64,000 nt of DNA, taken from Dehalococcoidia bacterium (lineage in GTDB: Bacteria; Chloroflexota; Dehalococcoidia; Lucifugimonadales; UBA3495). How positions within the stretch are numbered: position 1 is the stretch's first letter; each line of letters starts with the position of its first letter. The translations under genes were made by a program, and so were the position numbers. The notes below the pieces were generated by a model. The model was not told where the DNA came from. It did no database searches and was given only the letters and a program-made list of their open reading frames with translations. The stretch lies in assembly GCA_012959605.1 (NCBI GenBank), contig DUCU01000085.1:20177-84176 (forward strand). Reading direction: 5' to 3'. Positions 9,507 to 17,482 of the stretch are shown one piece after another.

Positions 9507-9526
9507 CTCAGCACTTTCATCTGGGC

Positions 9527-10018
9527 CTAGCCAGACTCTTTGATGCGGCGGATTATCTCGGTGGTCGAGATCGTCGGTGTATAAGGAACGGTGCGGAACT
9601 TGCCCAAGGTAATGGGGATTTTGTAGAGCTCGCTGACCTGCTCATCGGAGTAATCGTCGCCGTGGATCACCAGGTCAATGTCGTGCTGCTCCATGAAGGC
9701 GGCGGTCATCGTCCATGGCGCGTCGGGGATGACCTCGTCCACGTAACGGCAGCCAGCCACCGACGCAGCCCGTTCTTCCATCGTCATGATTGGCACCCGC
9801 TTGTTGACCCTGGCCTCAGCGTCAGACATGATGCCGACCAGCAGGTAGTCGCCAAAGGCGCTGGCTTGCTTGAGAAAGGCCACGTGCCCAAAATGGAACA
9901 GGTCAGCCACCATGTCTACGTACACACGCGTCAAAAAACCAACTCCTGGGCCGGTCTGGCGCTGATTACCAGTCTCGGCGTCAGCATAGTGCCTCGGCAC
10001 AGGAAATGGAAATCGCAC
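9527..10018 (-). CDS. cytidylyltransferase-family protein (TagD / phospho-alcohol cytidylyltransferase-like)
   Basis: The VADLFHFGHVAFLKQA (HxGH) motif, YLLVGIMSDAEA, CRYVDEVIPDAPW and C-terminal TPTISTTEIIRRI are all characteristic of the glycerol-3-phosphate/phosphoethanolamine cytidylyltransferase family. The true start may be internal. Confidence 0.75.
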   Translation of the reverse strand: MRFPFPVPRHYADAETGNQRQTGPGVGFLTRVYVDMVADLFHFGHVAFLKQASAFGDYLLVGIMSDAEARVNKRVPIMTMEERAASVAGCRYVDEVIPDAPWTMTAAFMEQHDIDLVIHGDDYSDEQVSELYKIPITLGKFRTVPYTPTISTTEIIRRIKESG

Positions 10019-10145
10019 GGTCGAAATCGAGAATTGCTCACCCCCACCTGTGCTATATTAAGCGCAACCTTTTATCATTTACCCCATGTAGAAAGGCTTG
10101 TATTGAATCACGTTATGACAACAACTACTTCAGGCGAGGTACGCC

Positions 10146-11486
10146 TTGGCTGAAAAGAATATAGCTTCACGCGCAGTCTCCAATGTAACCCACGCCCATT
10201 TCGCCTGGTACATCGTGGCCATGGGCACCGCCCTGCAGCTCACCACCAACTTTGTCAGCCAGGCTTACAGCATCTTGGTGGTGGTCATGACCGACAAATT
10301 TGGCTGGTCGCTCACTGCCATCGTCCTCGCCTATTCGTTGCGCAGTATCGTTGGTGCGCTGTTGTCGCCCTACGCCGGTTCCTTGGGAGACAGATATGGC
10401 GCCAAGCGGGTCATGCTGGTAGGCGCCGGTTTTTTTGTCGGCGGGCTGGTGATGCTAAGCACCATCACCGAGCTCTGGCAGTTATTCCTTTACTACAGCA
10501 TCATCTTGGGCGTCGCTCAGGCCATGTTCCGAGTCAATATCCCCACCACCGTGGCTGCCTGGTTCAAGCAGAAGCTGGGTATCGCGGTGGGCATTCAGCA
10601 GTCGGCCGGCGGAATGGGCGCGTCGGTCCTGGCACCCGGGCTGACCGTCCTGTTGACCCAGACCAGTTGGCAGACCGCCTTCCTGCTCATCGGTATCGGC
10701 GGCGGAATCGTAGTATTTGCCCTGCTGGCATTCTTCCACGGTGAACCCTGGGATGTCGGCAAACTGCCCTACGGTGAGGATCCCAAAAGGAAAGCTGTGG
10801 TCAACCCTGTGAGCGGGGCCATGACCAAGATCAGGAACCAGGTCTTTATGAAACGGGCCAAGGAGACCAGGGCTTTCTGGTTCCTGCCCCTGGTCCATCA
10901 TCTGGGTTGCGTCGGCCATTCAATTTTCATCGTGCACGGCATCAACTACGCTCACGATCAGGGTATGTCCCTCAATGCTGCGTCGATAATCATCACGATT
11001 TATTCGCTTAGCAGTGTTGGCAGTCGTCTGATGGTGCCGATTTTGGCAGACCGCCTGGGAGCCAAAGGCGTGATGGCATTTTTCTACTTCATCCAGGGCG
11101 CGGCGATGCTCATGCTCTTCTGGACCACCGAGCCGTGGCAGTTCTACATCTTTGCTGTGGTGTTCGGAATCGGTTTCGGCGGCGAGATGTCGGCTTTCTT
11201 AGTGGTCAACCGCCAATACTTCGGTATGGGCCCGGTTCGGACTGTGTTCGGCATCCAGAGCATGGGCGCGGGACTTGGTATGGCCTTGGGCGGTCTGGTA
11301 GGCGCCGTAATCTACGACGCATTCGACTCATATAACTGGGCTTGGATTATTTCGTTCGCTGCCAGCATGGGCGGAATGATAGCCATCTTATTGATGGAGT
11401 CCACCAAGAACGAGCTGATCCCCTACTGGGAAGACTCACTGCCATCGGAGGCCCAGACCTCAGCTCCGTCACCGGCCGACGACTAG
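10146..11486 (+). CDS. MFS transporter (oxalate/formate-antiporter-like)
   Basis: 446-aa hydrophobic ORF. It shows an LGDRYGAKRV loop motif between TM2 and TM3 and a two-times-six helix layout with a central loop. Confidence 0.8.
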   Translation: MAEKNIASRAVSNVTHAHFAWYIVAMGTALQLTTNFVSQAYSILVVVMTDKFGWSLTAIVLAYSLRSIVGALLSPYAGSLGDRYGAKRVMLVGAGFFVGGLVMLSTITELWQLFLYYSIILGVAQAMFRVNIPTTVAAWFKQKLGIAVGIQQSAGGMGASVLAPGLTVLLTQTSWQTAFLLIGIGGGIVVFALLAFFHGEPWDVGKLPYGEDPKRKAVVNPVSGAMTKIRNQVFMKRAKETRAFWFLPLVHHLGCVGHSIFIVHGINYAHDQGMSLNAASIIITIYSLSSVGSRLMVPILADRLGAKGVMAFFYFIQGAAMLMLFWTTEPWQFYIFAVVFGIGFGGEMSAFLVVNRQYFGMGPVRTVFGIQSMGAGLGMALGGLVGAVIYDAFDSYNWAWIISFAASMGGMIAILLMESTKNELIPYWEDSLPSEAQTSAPSPADD

Positions 11487-11533
11487 CAGGATTAGAGCAG
11501 AACAACTCGTTCCTGTCATTCGCAACGTAAAAC

Positions 11534-11578
11534 AAAAAGGACCTTCCTGGATTGCAATCCAGGAAGGTCCTTTTCTTG
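11534..11578. terminator. bidirectional rho-independent terminator between convergent genes
   Basis: GGACCTTCCTGGAT / ATCCAGGAAGGTCC 14-bp stem, flanked by AAAAA on one side and TTTTCTTGTT on the other. Confidence 0.7.
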
Positions 11579-11609
11579 TTGTAGCTAATTCTGCTGTGGC
11601 GAGACTTGG

Positions 11610-13164
11610 TTAGTCGTCCGCCGGGGTTGGTGCCGGGACGGCTGCTTCTTCTGCTGCAGCCTTGCGGGCGACCGACGCTTTACTGAATCGTTTGCCGATG
11701 ATTCCCGTCTGGTAGGACGCCACCAGAGCACCCAACAGAATCGTGAAGACGACCGCTGTCGCGGCGTACTGGAAGCCCGTGCGATAGAAGGGCATGGCCT
11801 CAGCTTCGGTCATGAAGCCAATCCCTGCCGGCAATGCCAGACCCAGCATGGTGGCCGCGATGGTTACTCCGATGGTGTGGCCCATCTGCCGGCTGGTTTC
11901 CATCACGCCCGAGGCAAAACTCCGGTCCTCGGGCAGGCTATTCATGATCGTGGCATTACTGGGCGCGTTGAACGTGTGTGCCGATGAACGCCGGTATCAG
12001 CAGTATGGGCAGCACCCAGATCGGAACTGAAGTAGAGAACAGGGCCAGTAGCACAAACCCGGACGCGATGGCCAACAACCCCGCCGGTCGGATCCACCTT
12101 GGGTTGGATTTGTCGAAATAGTACCCAGCAATCAATGGCAGGAAAATGCCCAGGAATTGACCAGGTATGAGCACCCATGACGCGACGATGGGGTCGTAAC
12201 CCAGCCCGTTTTCAACCAGGATGGGCACCAAGGTCACCACGGCCATCATGGACATGTGGAAGGTGTGGTCACTGAACAAGGCCATGGAGAACTGGCTCTT
12301 CTTGAAATTGCCAAAGTTCAAGAATGGCTGGACCGAGCGACGCTGCACAATGATAAAAGCCGTCGCCATCACTAAGAACAAAGCATGGACTGGTAGGTGG
12401 TATTCCAGGGCCTCTGCGCTGACAAAGCTCTCATCGCCCTCGTGGACATGCAGTCCGGAGAGGATGAATACGGCCAACGTAGCCATCATGAGAAGTGCGC
12501 TGGGCGAGCCCAACACCACTTTTTTGGCGGCATCAGTAGCCTTGAGCAGTTCGTACTGCAGCAGCGGTCGGGCCATCCACAGTGCAAACATCCCAACCGG
12601 AACAGAGGTCAAGAAGACCAGTCTCCAACTGAAGAACTGCAAGAACACGCCGAATAAGGCCATGCCCAAAAGTGTGCCAATTCTTGCTGCGATAATGGGG
12701 ATGGAATAAGCTCTACCGCGTTCTTTATCGCCAAAAACAATCGCCAAGATAGGGTTGGAATTGGAGCTAATCATAGACGCACCAAGCCCAACGGACCCGC
12801 TCCAGACGATTGCTTGGTTGATGTTTGCTGAGGTAACGGCCAGCAACGAGGCAAGGGCCATTATAATCACGCCGATAAAGTAAACCTTGACGTGGCCAAC
12901 CTTGGAACCGCGCCTGGCGAAGAAGAATACCGTGCTGCCGATCACTATCATTCTGGCGATGATGGTCCAGGCGGCCTGGGAGACATCGACGCCAAAGTCC
13001 TCGGCCATCGAAGGCACCGAAAGGGCCATGGGGATGGTCGAGAGCTGAACCAACAACTGGGTTGAGGCCAGGGAGAGCAGGACCCGTTTTCTAGTATCAG
13101 TCGAACTCAGATCCCGGAAGGAAGCCACCAGGTTTAGACTGCGGAATGCATTTCTGTCTATCAA
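11610..13164 (-). pseudogene. MFS transporter (DHA2-like) interrupted by a frameshift
   Basis: The 402-aa ORF (11956..13164) ends ..LLIPAFIGTHVQRAQ*. The +1 frame continues SSAHTFNAPSNATIMNSLPEDRSFASGVMETSRQMGHTIG into the 111-aa ORF (11610..11945). Together they make one MFS protein, with the shift lying at a GGCACACAC run (about 11958-11990). Confidence 0.65.
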
Positions 13165-13297
13165 AAGATTGGTAAAATCGCGGCAAAAGCCGCAAGACTC
13201 TGTGGTAAAAATTAATCAGCGTCGGAGACCAAGTCGTTAAAATCGGTCTCAAACGGTTAGATGCTATATAACATAATAAGATTGATGCCACATTATT

Positions 13298-13326
13298 TTA
13301 ATCATTGGGTATTGAATACTTATAAT
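13298..13326 (+). promoter_or_regulatory. possible sigma70-like promoter upstream of the first amidohydrolase paralog
   Basis: TTAATC, a 17-nt spacer, then TATAAT (13321-13326) in an AT-rich intergenic region. The -35 element is weak. Confidence 0.3.
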
Positions 13327-13380
13327 CAAAACCTCTGATTATTAGCGATTTGCACTGCGACCTAGACACTTTAAAAATAA

Positions 13381-13416
13381 CCTCCCCCTGTCATAAAGGG
13401 GGACCGAGGGGGATTT
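13381..13416 (+). repeat. copy A of a 36-nt G/C-hairpin intergenic repeat
   Basis: CCTCCCCCTGTCATAAAGGGGGACCGAGGGGGATTT. It differs at 2 loop positions from copies at 14448..14483 and 17190..17225. Confidence 0.85.
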
Positions 13417-13443
13417 CTGTTAATAGACATTCACAGCCATCTG

Positions 13444-14400
13444 GTGATGCCGGAATACCTGGAGTACCTGACCGGCCGGGGCAACCTGCCCAAGGCGGTC
13501 CTGCGCGGCGGTGCCTACTTCGTCAGCTGCGGCGGCGGCTACACCCAAACCTCCGCAGCCGTGCACGCCGACGTTGAGCAAAAACTTAGGGACATGGAAC
13601 AGATCGGTGTCGATTTAGCCGTGATCAACCACGGCATCCCCGGTCCTGAGATGCTGGGCGGCGCAGAGGCCGACGACTGGGCCGCAAGGATGAACGACTT
13701 CCAAGCGGAGGTCATCCAGAAATACCCTGGCAAGTTCATCGGCTGGGCCAACATTGGCTTTGGCAGTCCCGAACGCTCCATCCAAGAGGTTGATCGCTGT
13801 ATCAACGAGCTTGGCTACAAGGGCGTTCAGCTATTCTCCAACATCAACCAAAAGGTGGTGGACTCTCCTGAGTTCATGCCCGTCTACCGGCACATCGCCA
13901 AACTTGGTGTGCCCATCAACCTGCACCCCACCGCGCCCATGAACCTGAATGGCATGGACCTGCAACCCTTGGTGCGCGGCATGTCGCTGATGTTCGACTC
14001 CACGCTGGCGACCATGCGGCTGGTGATGAGTGGCATCTTTGAAGAAGAACCTGGCTTCAAACTGATCGTCCCCCACACCGGCGGCTGGGTGCCCTACCTG
14101 CGCGGCCGAGTGGAGCGCATGATCGACATCTACGAACCACCGGAAGGCGAGCCAAAACTGGCCAGGCCGTCGGCCGAATCAGTGGACCGCATCTATGTGG
14201 ACACGGTGGCGCACAGCCCCGAGACGATGAAGTACTGCTACGAGATGTTTGGCCCGGAAAAAATCATGTTTGGCACCGATCACCCATTCATGCACTGGGA
14301 GATCTACCGGGAGATGATGGACGGCTTGGGTTGCACCGACGCCGAACGCGAACTCATCTACCACACCAACGCCGAAACCCTACTAGGCCTAACAAGCTAG
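13444..14400 (+). CDS. amidohydrolase_2 (ACMSD-like metal-dependent hydrolase/decarboxylase) family protein, paralog 1
   Basis: 318-aa ORF, roughly 60-65% identical by eye to the 16164..17141 product. Motifs include FSNINQK, HPTAPMN, IVPHTGGW, DTVAHSP and FGTDHPF. The in-frame codons just upstream (13423-13443: I D I H S H L) encode the HxH metal motif, so the real start is probably upstream and non-canonical (see findings). Confidence 0.8.
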   Translation: MMPEYLEYLTGRGNLPKAVLRGGAYFVSCGGGYTQTSAAVHADVEQKLRDMEQIGVDLAVINHGIPGPEMLGGAEADDWAARMNDFQAEVIQKYPGKFIGWANIGFGSPERSIQEVDRCINELGYKGVQLFSNINQKVVDSPEFMPVYRHIAKLGVPINLHPTAPMNLNGMDLQPLVRGMSLMFDSTLATMRLVMSGIFEEEPGFKLIVPHTGGWVPYLRGRVERMIDIYEPPEGEPKLARPSAESVDRIYVDTVAHSPETMKYCYEMFGPEKIMFGTDHPFMHWEIYREMMDGLGCTDAERELIYHTNAETLLGLTS

Positions 14401-14483
14401 GCCAGGCAGGCTGAGCCTGCACCCAAATACGTGCGGAAGCAAACCAACCTCCCCCTTTCGTAAAGGGGGACCGAGGGGGATTT
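14401..14483 (+). repeat. about 83-nt conserved 3'-flank module (hairpin GCAGGCT-N-AGCCTGC plus 36-nt repeat copy B)
   Basis: It starts immediately after the stop codon. Nearly the same sequence follows the stop of the paralog at 17142..17225, and the 36-nt core 14448..14483 is identical to 17190..17225. Confidence 0.85.
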
Positions 14484-14552
14484 CCGCCGCCACCCAATCT
14501 AAGAAGCTCAAGGGATAACCGCAAAGTAAGGACTCGAAGCAATCCCGCAACA

Positions 14553-14594
14553 CACCTGTCATTCTGAGGAGCGCCGTAGGCCGACGAAGAATCT
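14553..14594 (+). repeat. short dispersed repeat (CACCTGTCATTCTGAGGAG...)
   Basis: CACCTGTCATTCTGAGGAGCGCC recurs as CACCTGTCATTCTGAGGAGTGCC at 17387..17408. A related GACATTCTGAAG lies at about 14636-14647. Confidence 0.7.
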
Positions 14595-14699
14595 ACCAAC
14601 CCTCATCTTGGCAGACCCTTCGCCCCGCTCAGGGTGACATTCTGAAGAACAATTCTGCCTAAACCGGGGAAACACAGGAAAATCCGGTCGCTGCAGCCC

Positions 14700-15974
14700 C
14701 TAATCAATGCTCCAACTGGGGTTTTTGTTGGCCTCTGCTTGCAGGTGGTCTACGATCCAGTCTTTGACTGATTCCGAGACGTAAAAGGTGGGCATCAGTA
14801 GATCGCTGTCGGCAAAGACCCGTCCGTCGGCCCTTGCTTGGTCTGCTGATTTGGAGCCGGGTAGCATGCGTATCCCGATTCTCAGATTGGCGACCGTGGG
14901 CTTGATGGCTCGAAGAAAGACGAGCTTCCGCTCCATGGTTCCTTGGGTCTCGCCCGGAGAGCCAAAGGTCTGGCCCACGGTGTAGGGCAGGCCGCCCTCT
15001 TCGCACAAACGGCAAGCCTCAAGCATCTGGTCCAGGCGAGTGGACAACTCATCAGGATCAATGGCATCGACCACCAGGTCGCCAACTATCACCAGTGAGC
15101 ACCCAGATTTTTTCATCAGGCCAATCAGTTCTGGGTCGCAGTTCCTGGGCACCAGACCGGTGTTCCACTCGATCTTTAAATCAGCATCGATTAGAGCTTG
15201 GCAAAATGACTTGGCGTGATCGACCGGGGCGTTGAAACCGTTGGCTATGAAGAAGAACTTGCTCAGCCCCAGCCGTTGCTTCATGTCCTTAACTTCGTCC
15301 AGGACCTCTTGAATCGGCCGCAGGTTTTGACGGTCTGCAGCGTCGCCGCGTCCTCCCTGGCTGCTGAACCACTTGGTAATCACTCCAATGCCAAACCCGG
15401 CCTCAGAGTATTTGTCCAAGTCCAATTCTTCCAGGCGCGGGGGCTTCATGACCCCAGAAGTAGGCTGCGGGTCGGTCACTGTAGTCTTGCCGTCTGCTCG
15501 GTACACCAGACCTGGCAAGTCGGTGTACGACTTCCCACTTTCAATTCGGTCAGCTAAATCGGAGAACACGTCGCCACCGCTACCGGCTACGCCCACATCG
15601 GGTCCAATAAAATCGAAGCAATCGGACGGGAGAATACTGAACGCCGGCCCTCCGCAAACGATGGTGGCCTTGCTGATCGATCGGATCAGGTCAGTCACCT
15701 CCTTGGTGATGAGAAGTACCGACTCTGGGTTCAAATTGCTGCCATTATCCAAGTTTCTGATGGACAGCCCCACCATGTCGGGCTGGAATTCTTGCACTGA
15801 CTTTTTCACCTCATCCAGGTAGTCGTCGGCAAACATGAGGTCCAGCATTTTCGTGTCGTGCTTCTCGGGGTCCAAGTACCCGGAGATGTAGGCTAGCCCC
15901 AGTGGCAGGGGCTGGGCCTGAATGTTGTTCATGTAGCGCCCGTGGCGGTTGGTTGCGATCAATAAGATTCTCAT
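14700..15974 (-). CDS. B12-binding-domain / radical-SAM-like protein lacking the CxxxCxxC motif
   Basis: The probable start is the internal ATG at 15974 (GGAGAG RBS), giving MRILLIATNRH... The N-terminus resembles the cobalamin-binding domain of class B radical SAM enzymes, and the C-terminal half has rSAM-barrel-like segments (GSPGETQGT). The protein's cysteines are mostly isolated (one CRLC pair) and none forms CxxxCxxC. Confidence 0.65.
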   Translation of the reverse strand: MRILLIATNRHGRYMNNIQAQPLPLGLAYISGYLDPEKHDTKMLDLMFADDYLDEVKKSVQEFQPDMVGLSIRNLDNGSNLNPESVLLITKEVTDLIRSISKATIVCGGPAFSILPSDCFDFIGPDVGVAGSGGDVFSDLADRIESGKSYTDLPGLVYRADGKTTVTDPQPTSGVMKPPRLEELDLDKYSEAGFGIGVITKWFSSQGGRGDAADRQNLRPIQEVLDEVKDMKQRLGLSKFFFIANGFNAPVDHAKSFCQALIDADLKIEWNTGLVPRNCDPELIGLMKKSGCSLVIVGDLVVDAIDPDELSTRLDQMLEACRLCEEGGLPYTVGQTFGSPGETQGTMERKLVFLRAIKPTVANLRIGIRMLPGSKSADQARADGRVFADSDLLMPTFYVSESVKDWIVDHLQAEANKNPSWSID

Positions 15975-16034
15975 ACACTCTCCGGTCCAAGCCTGGTATC
16001 CAAACCACACCATTATTGCCCATCAATCGATATC

Positions 16035-16077
16035 TCTCAATGGTAATTTGTGACGCGGTCGCAAATTACCATTGAGA
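16035..16077. promoter_or_regulatory. 43-nt near-perfect palindrome in a divergent promoter region (candidate operator or structured leader)
   Basis: TCTCAATGGTAATTTG tgacgcggtcg CAAATTACCATTGAGA, with 16-bp perfect arms. It lies between the start of the rSAM-like gene (15974, minus) and the amidohydrolase paralog 2 (16164, plus). Confidence 0.6.
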
Positions 16078-16130
16078 CGCCAGGCTCGCCAGGTTAAACT
16101 GTCCCCGTTATTAATCTAGGCTAAAAGCCG

Positions 16131-16160
16131 TCCCCTAGCTAATAAGGGGATTGAGAGGGA
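16131..16160 (+). repeat. degenerate copy D of the G/C-hairpin repeat, abutting a start codon
   Basis: TCCCCTAGCTAATAAGGGGATTGAGAGGGA has the same architecture (C-run, loop, G-run, then GAG-G-run). It ends 3 nt before ATG 16164. Confidence 0.5.
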
Positions 16161-16163
16161 CTC

Positions 16164-17141
16164 ATGCGAATCGATGTTCATAGCCACCTGATCTACCTGC
16201 CCTACTTGGAGTACTTGGCGGGCCGTAGCTCTCTGCCCCAGGGCGTCCTGCAGGGCGGGACCTACTTTGTTAGCTGCACTGGCGGCTACCAGCATGCCTC
16301 ACCGATCATCCACGCTGACGTTGACCAGAAGCTGCGCGACATGGAAGACCTCGACATTGGAATGTCCATCTTGAGCCACGGTATGCCGGGTCCTGAGCTG
16401 CTTGGCGGGTCCGAAGCCGACGACTGGGCCTCCCGAATCAACGACCATCTGGCAGAGGTTATCCAGTCGCACCCCGGCAAGTTCCAAGCCTGGGCGACCC
16501 TGGGCTGGGGCAGCGCCGACCGGACCATCGCCGAGATCGACCGCTGTGTGCAGCAACTGGGTTTCAAAGGCGTGTATCTCTTTTCCAACATCAACCAGAA
16601 GACCCTGGACAGCAAAGAATTCTGGCCGGTGTACAAACACGTAGAGAGTCTGGGAATCCCCATGGACATGCACCCAACCGCGCCCATCAACATGAACGGC
16701 ATCGACCACCGGCCCTTGGTGCCCGGTATGGCCTTTATGTTTGACACCACGCTGGCCACGGTGCGGATGGTCATGAGCGGCGTCTTTGAAGAATATCCGG
16801 AGCTTAAATTGATCGTCCCCCACACCGGCGGGTTTGTGCCCTTCATCCAGGGCCGCGTTGGCCGCATGATTGACGCTTGGACCTCGCCCGATGATTGGAA
16901 CAATCTGTCAGATCCATCCCAGGCATCTTTCGCCAAGATTTACGTAGACACCGTGGCCCACAGTCCGGAAGCGCTGGAATATTGTTACAAGGTCTACGGA
17001 GCCGACAAACTGCTCTACGGCACCGACCATCCGTTCTCCCACTTCGAAGTATTCAACGAAATGGTCGACAATCTAGATTGCTCAGAATCAGACCGAGAGC
17101 TAATCAACCACGGCAACGCCGAACGCATACTAGGGCTATAA
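16164..17141 (+). CDS. amidohydrolase_2 (ACMSD-like) family protein, paralog 2
   Basis: 325-aa ORF starting MRIDVHSHL (HxH motif). It carries HPTAPIN, IVPHTGGF, DTVAHSP and YGTDHPF. Confidence 0.85.
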   Translation: MRIDVHSHLIYLPYLEYLAGRSSLPQGVLQGGTYFVSCTGGYQHASPIIHADVDQKLRDMEDLDIGMSILSHGMPGPELLGGSEADDWASRINDHLAEVIQSHPGKFQAWATLGWGSADRTIAEIDRCVQQLGFKGVYLFSNINQKTLDSKEFWPVYKHVESLGIPMDMHPTAPINMNGIDHRPLVPGMAFMFDTTLATVRMVMSGVFEEYPELKLIVPHTGGFVPFIQGRVGRMIDAWTSPDDWNNLSDPSQASFAKIYVDTVAHSPEALEYCYKVYGADKLLYGTDHPFSHFEVFNEMVDNLDCSESDRELINHGNAERILGL

Positions 17142-17225
17142 GCAGGCAGGCTCAGCCTGCACGCAAATACCTGGCGGCATCAAAACAAACCTCCCCCTTT
17201 CGTAAAGGGGGACCGAGGGGGATTT
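17142..17225 (+). repeat. about 84-nt conserved 3'-flank module (partner of 14401..14483; contains repeat copy C at 17190..17225)
   Basis: GCAGGCAGGCTCAGCCTGCACGCAAATAC...CCTCCCCCTTTCGTAAAGGGGGACCGAGGGGGATTT, directly after the TAA stop. Confidence 0.85.
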
Positions 17226-17280
17226 AGCCCATCCAAACCCAACAAAATGACAGCTTTCAGCGCTCAGTCCACAGCCGAAA

Positions 17281-17346
17281 GTCCCTCCCCCCGCGCCAGG
17301 GGCCAAAAATCCCTTCCCCCGCGCCGGGGGAAGGTTAGGATGGGGG
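17281..17346 (+). repeat. two tandem G/C hairpin units (CCCTCCCCCCGCGCCAGGGG / CCCTTCCCCCGCGCCGGGGGAAGG)
   Basis: Read directly from the sequence. Each unit is a C-run/G-run hairpin around GCGCC, and the second is followed by TTAGGATGGGGG. Confidence 0.6.
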
Positions 17347-17386
17347 TCACGCCTCGCTGAAACCATGTTAAGAGGCCCCGCCAACC

Positions 17387-17408
17387 ACCTGTCATTCTGA
17401 GGAGTGCC
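17387..17408 (+). repeat. second copy of the CACCTGTCATTCTGAGGAG repeat
   Basis: Matches 14553..14575 at 21 of 22 positions by eye. Confidence 0.7.
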
Positions 17409-17482
17409 AGAAACCCCAAAACTCAACAAACCAAACGCTGATCGCTGTTAGCTGACCGCTGACAGCTACCACAAGGAGAACC

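Noticed and set aside
9500-10153. 217-aa plus-strand ORF
   Set aside because: It lies fully antisense to the well-supported cytidylyltransferase gene (9527..10018) and has a low-complexity R/H/V-rich composition with no motifs. It is a shadow ORF typical of high-GC coding DNA.
14354-14599. 81-aa minus-strand ORF, and its counterpart 17136..17429 (97 aa), sharing a PQNDR[CW][VL]AG peptide
   Set aside because: The shared peptide is simply the translation of the dispersed DNA repeats (CATTCTGAGG and G/C hairpins). There are no RBS or start contexts, and they overlap the stop regions of real genes.
16286-16936. 216-aa and 174-aa minus-strand ORFs (16286..16936, 16299..16823)
   Set aside because: They are antisense to amidohydrolase paralog 2, whose frame carries all family motifs. 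They are shadow ORFs.
13381-17408. Possibility that the recurring 36-nt units are a CRISPR array
   Set aside because: The copies are separated by about 1-3 kb of protein-coding genes rather than by regular 25-50-nt spacers. Only four copies occur, they lie in mixed contexts, and no cas genes are present.
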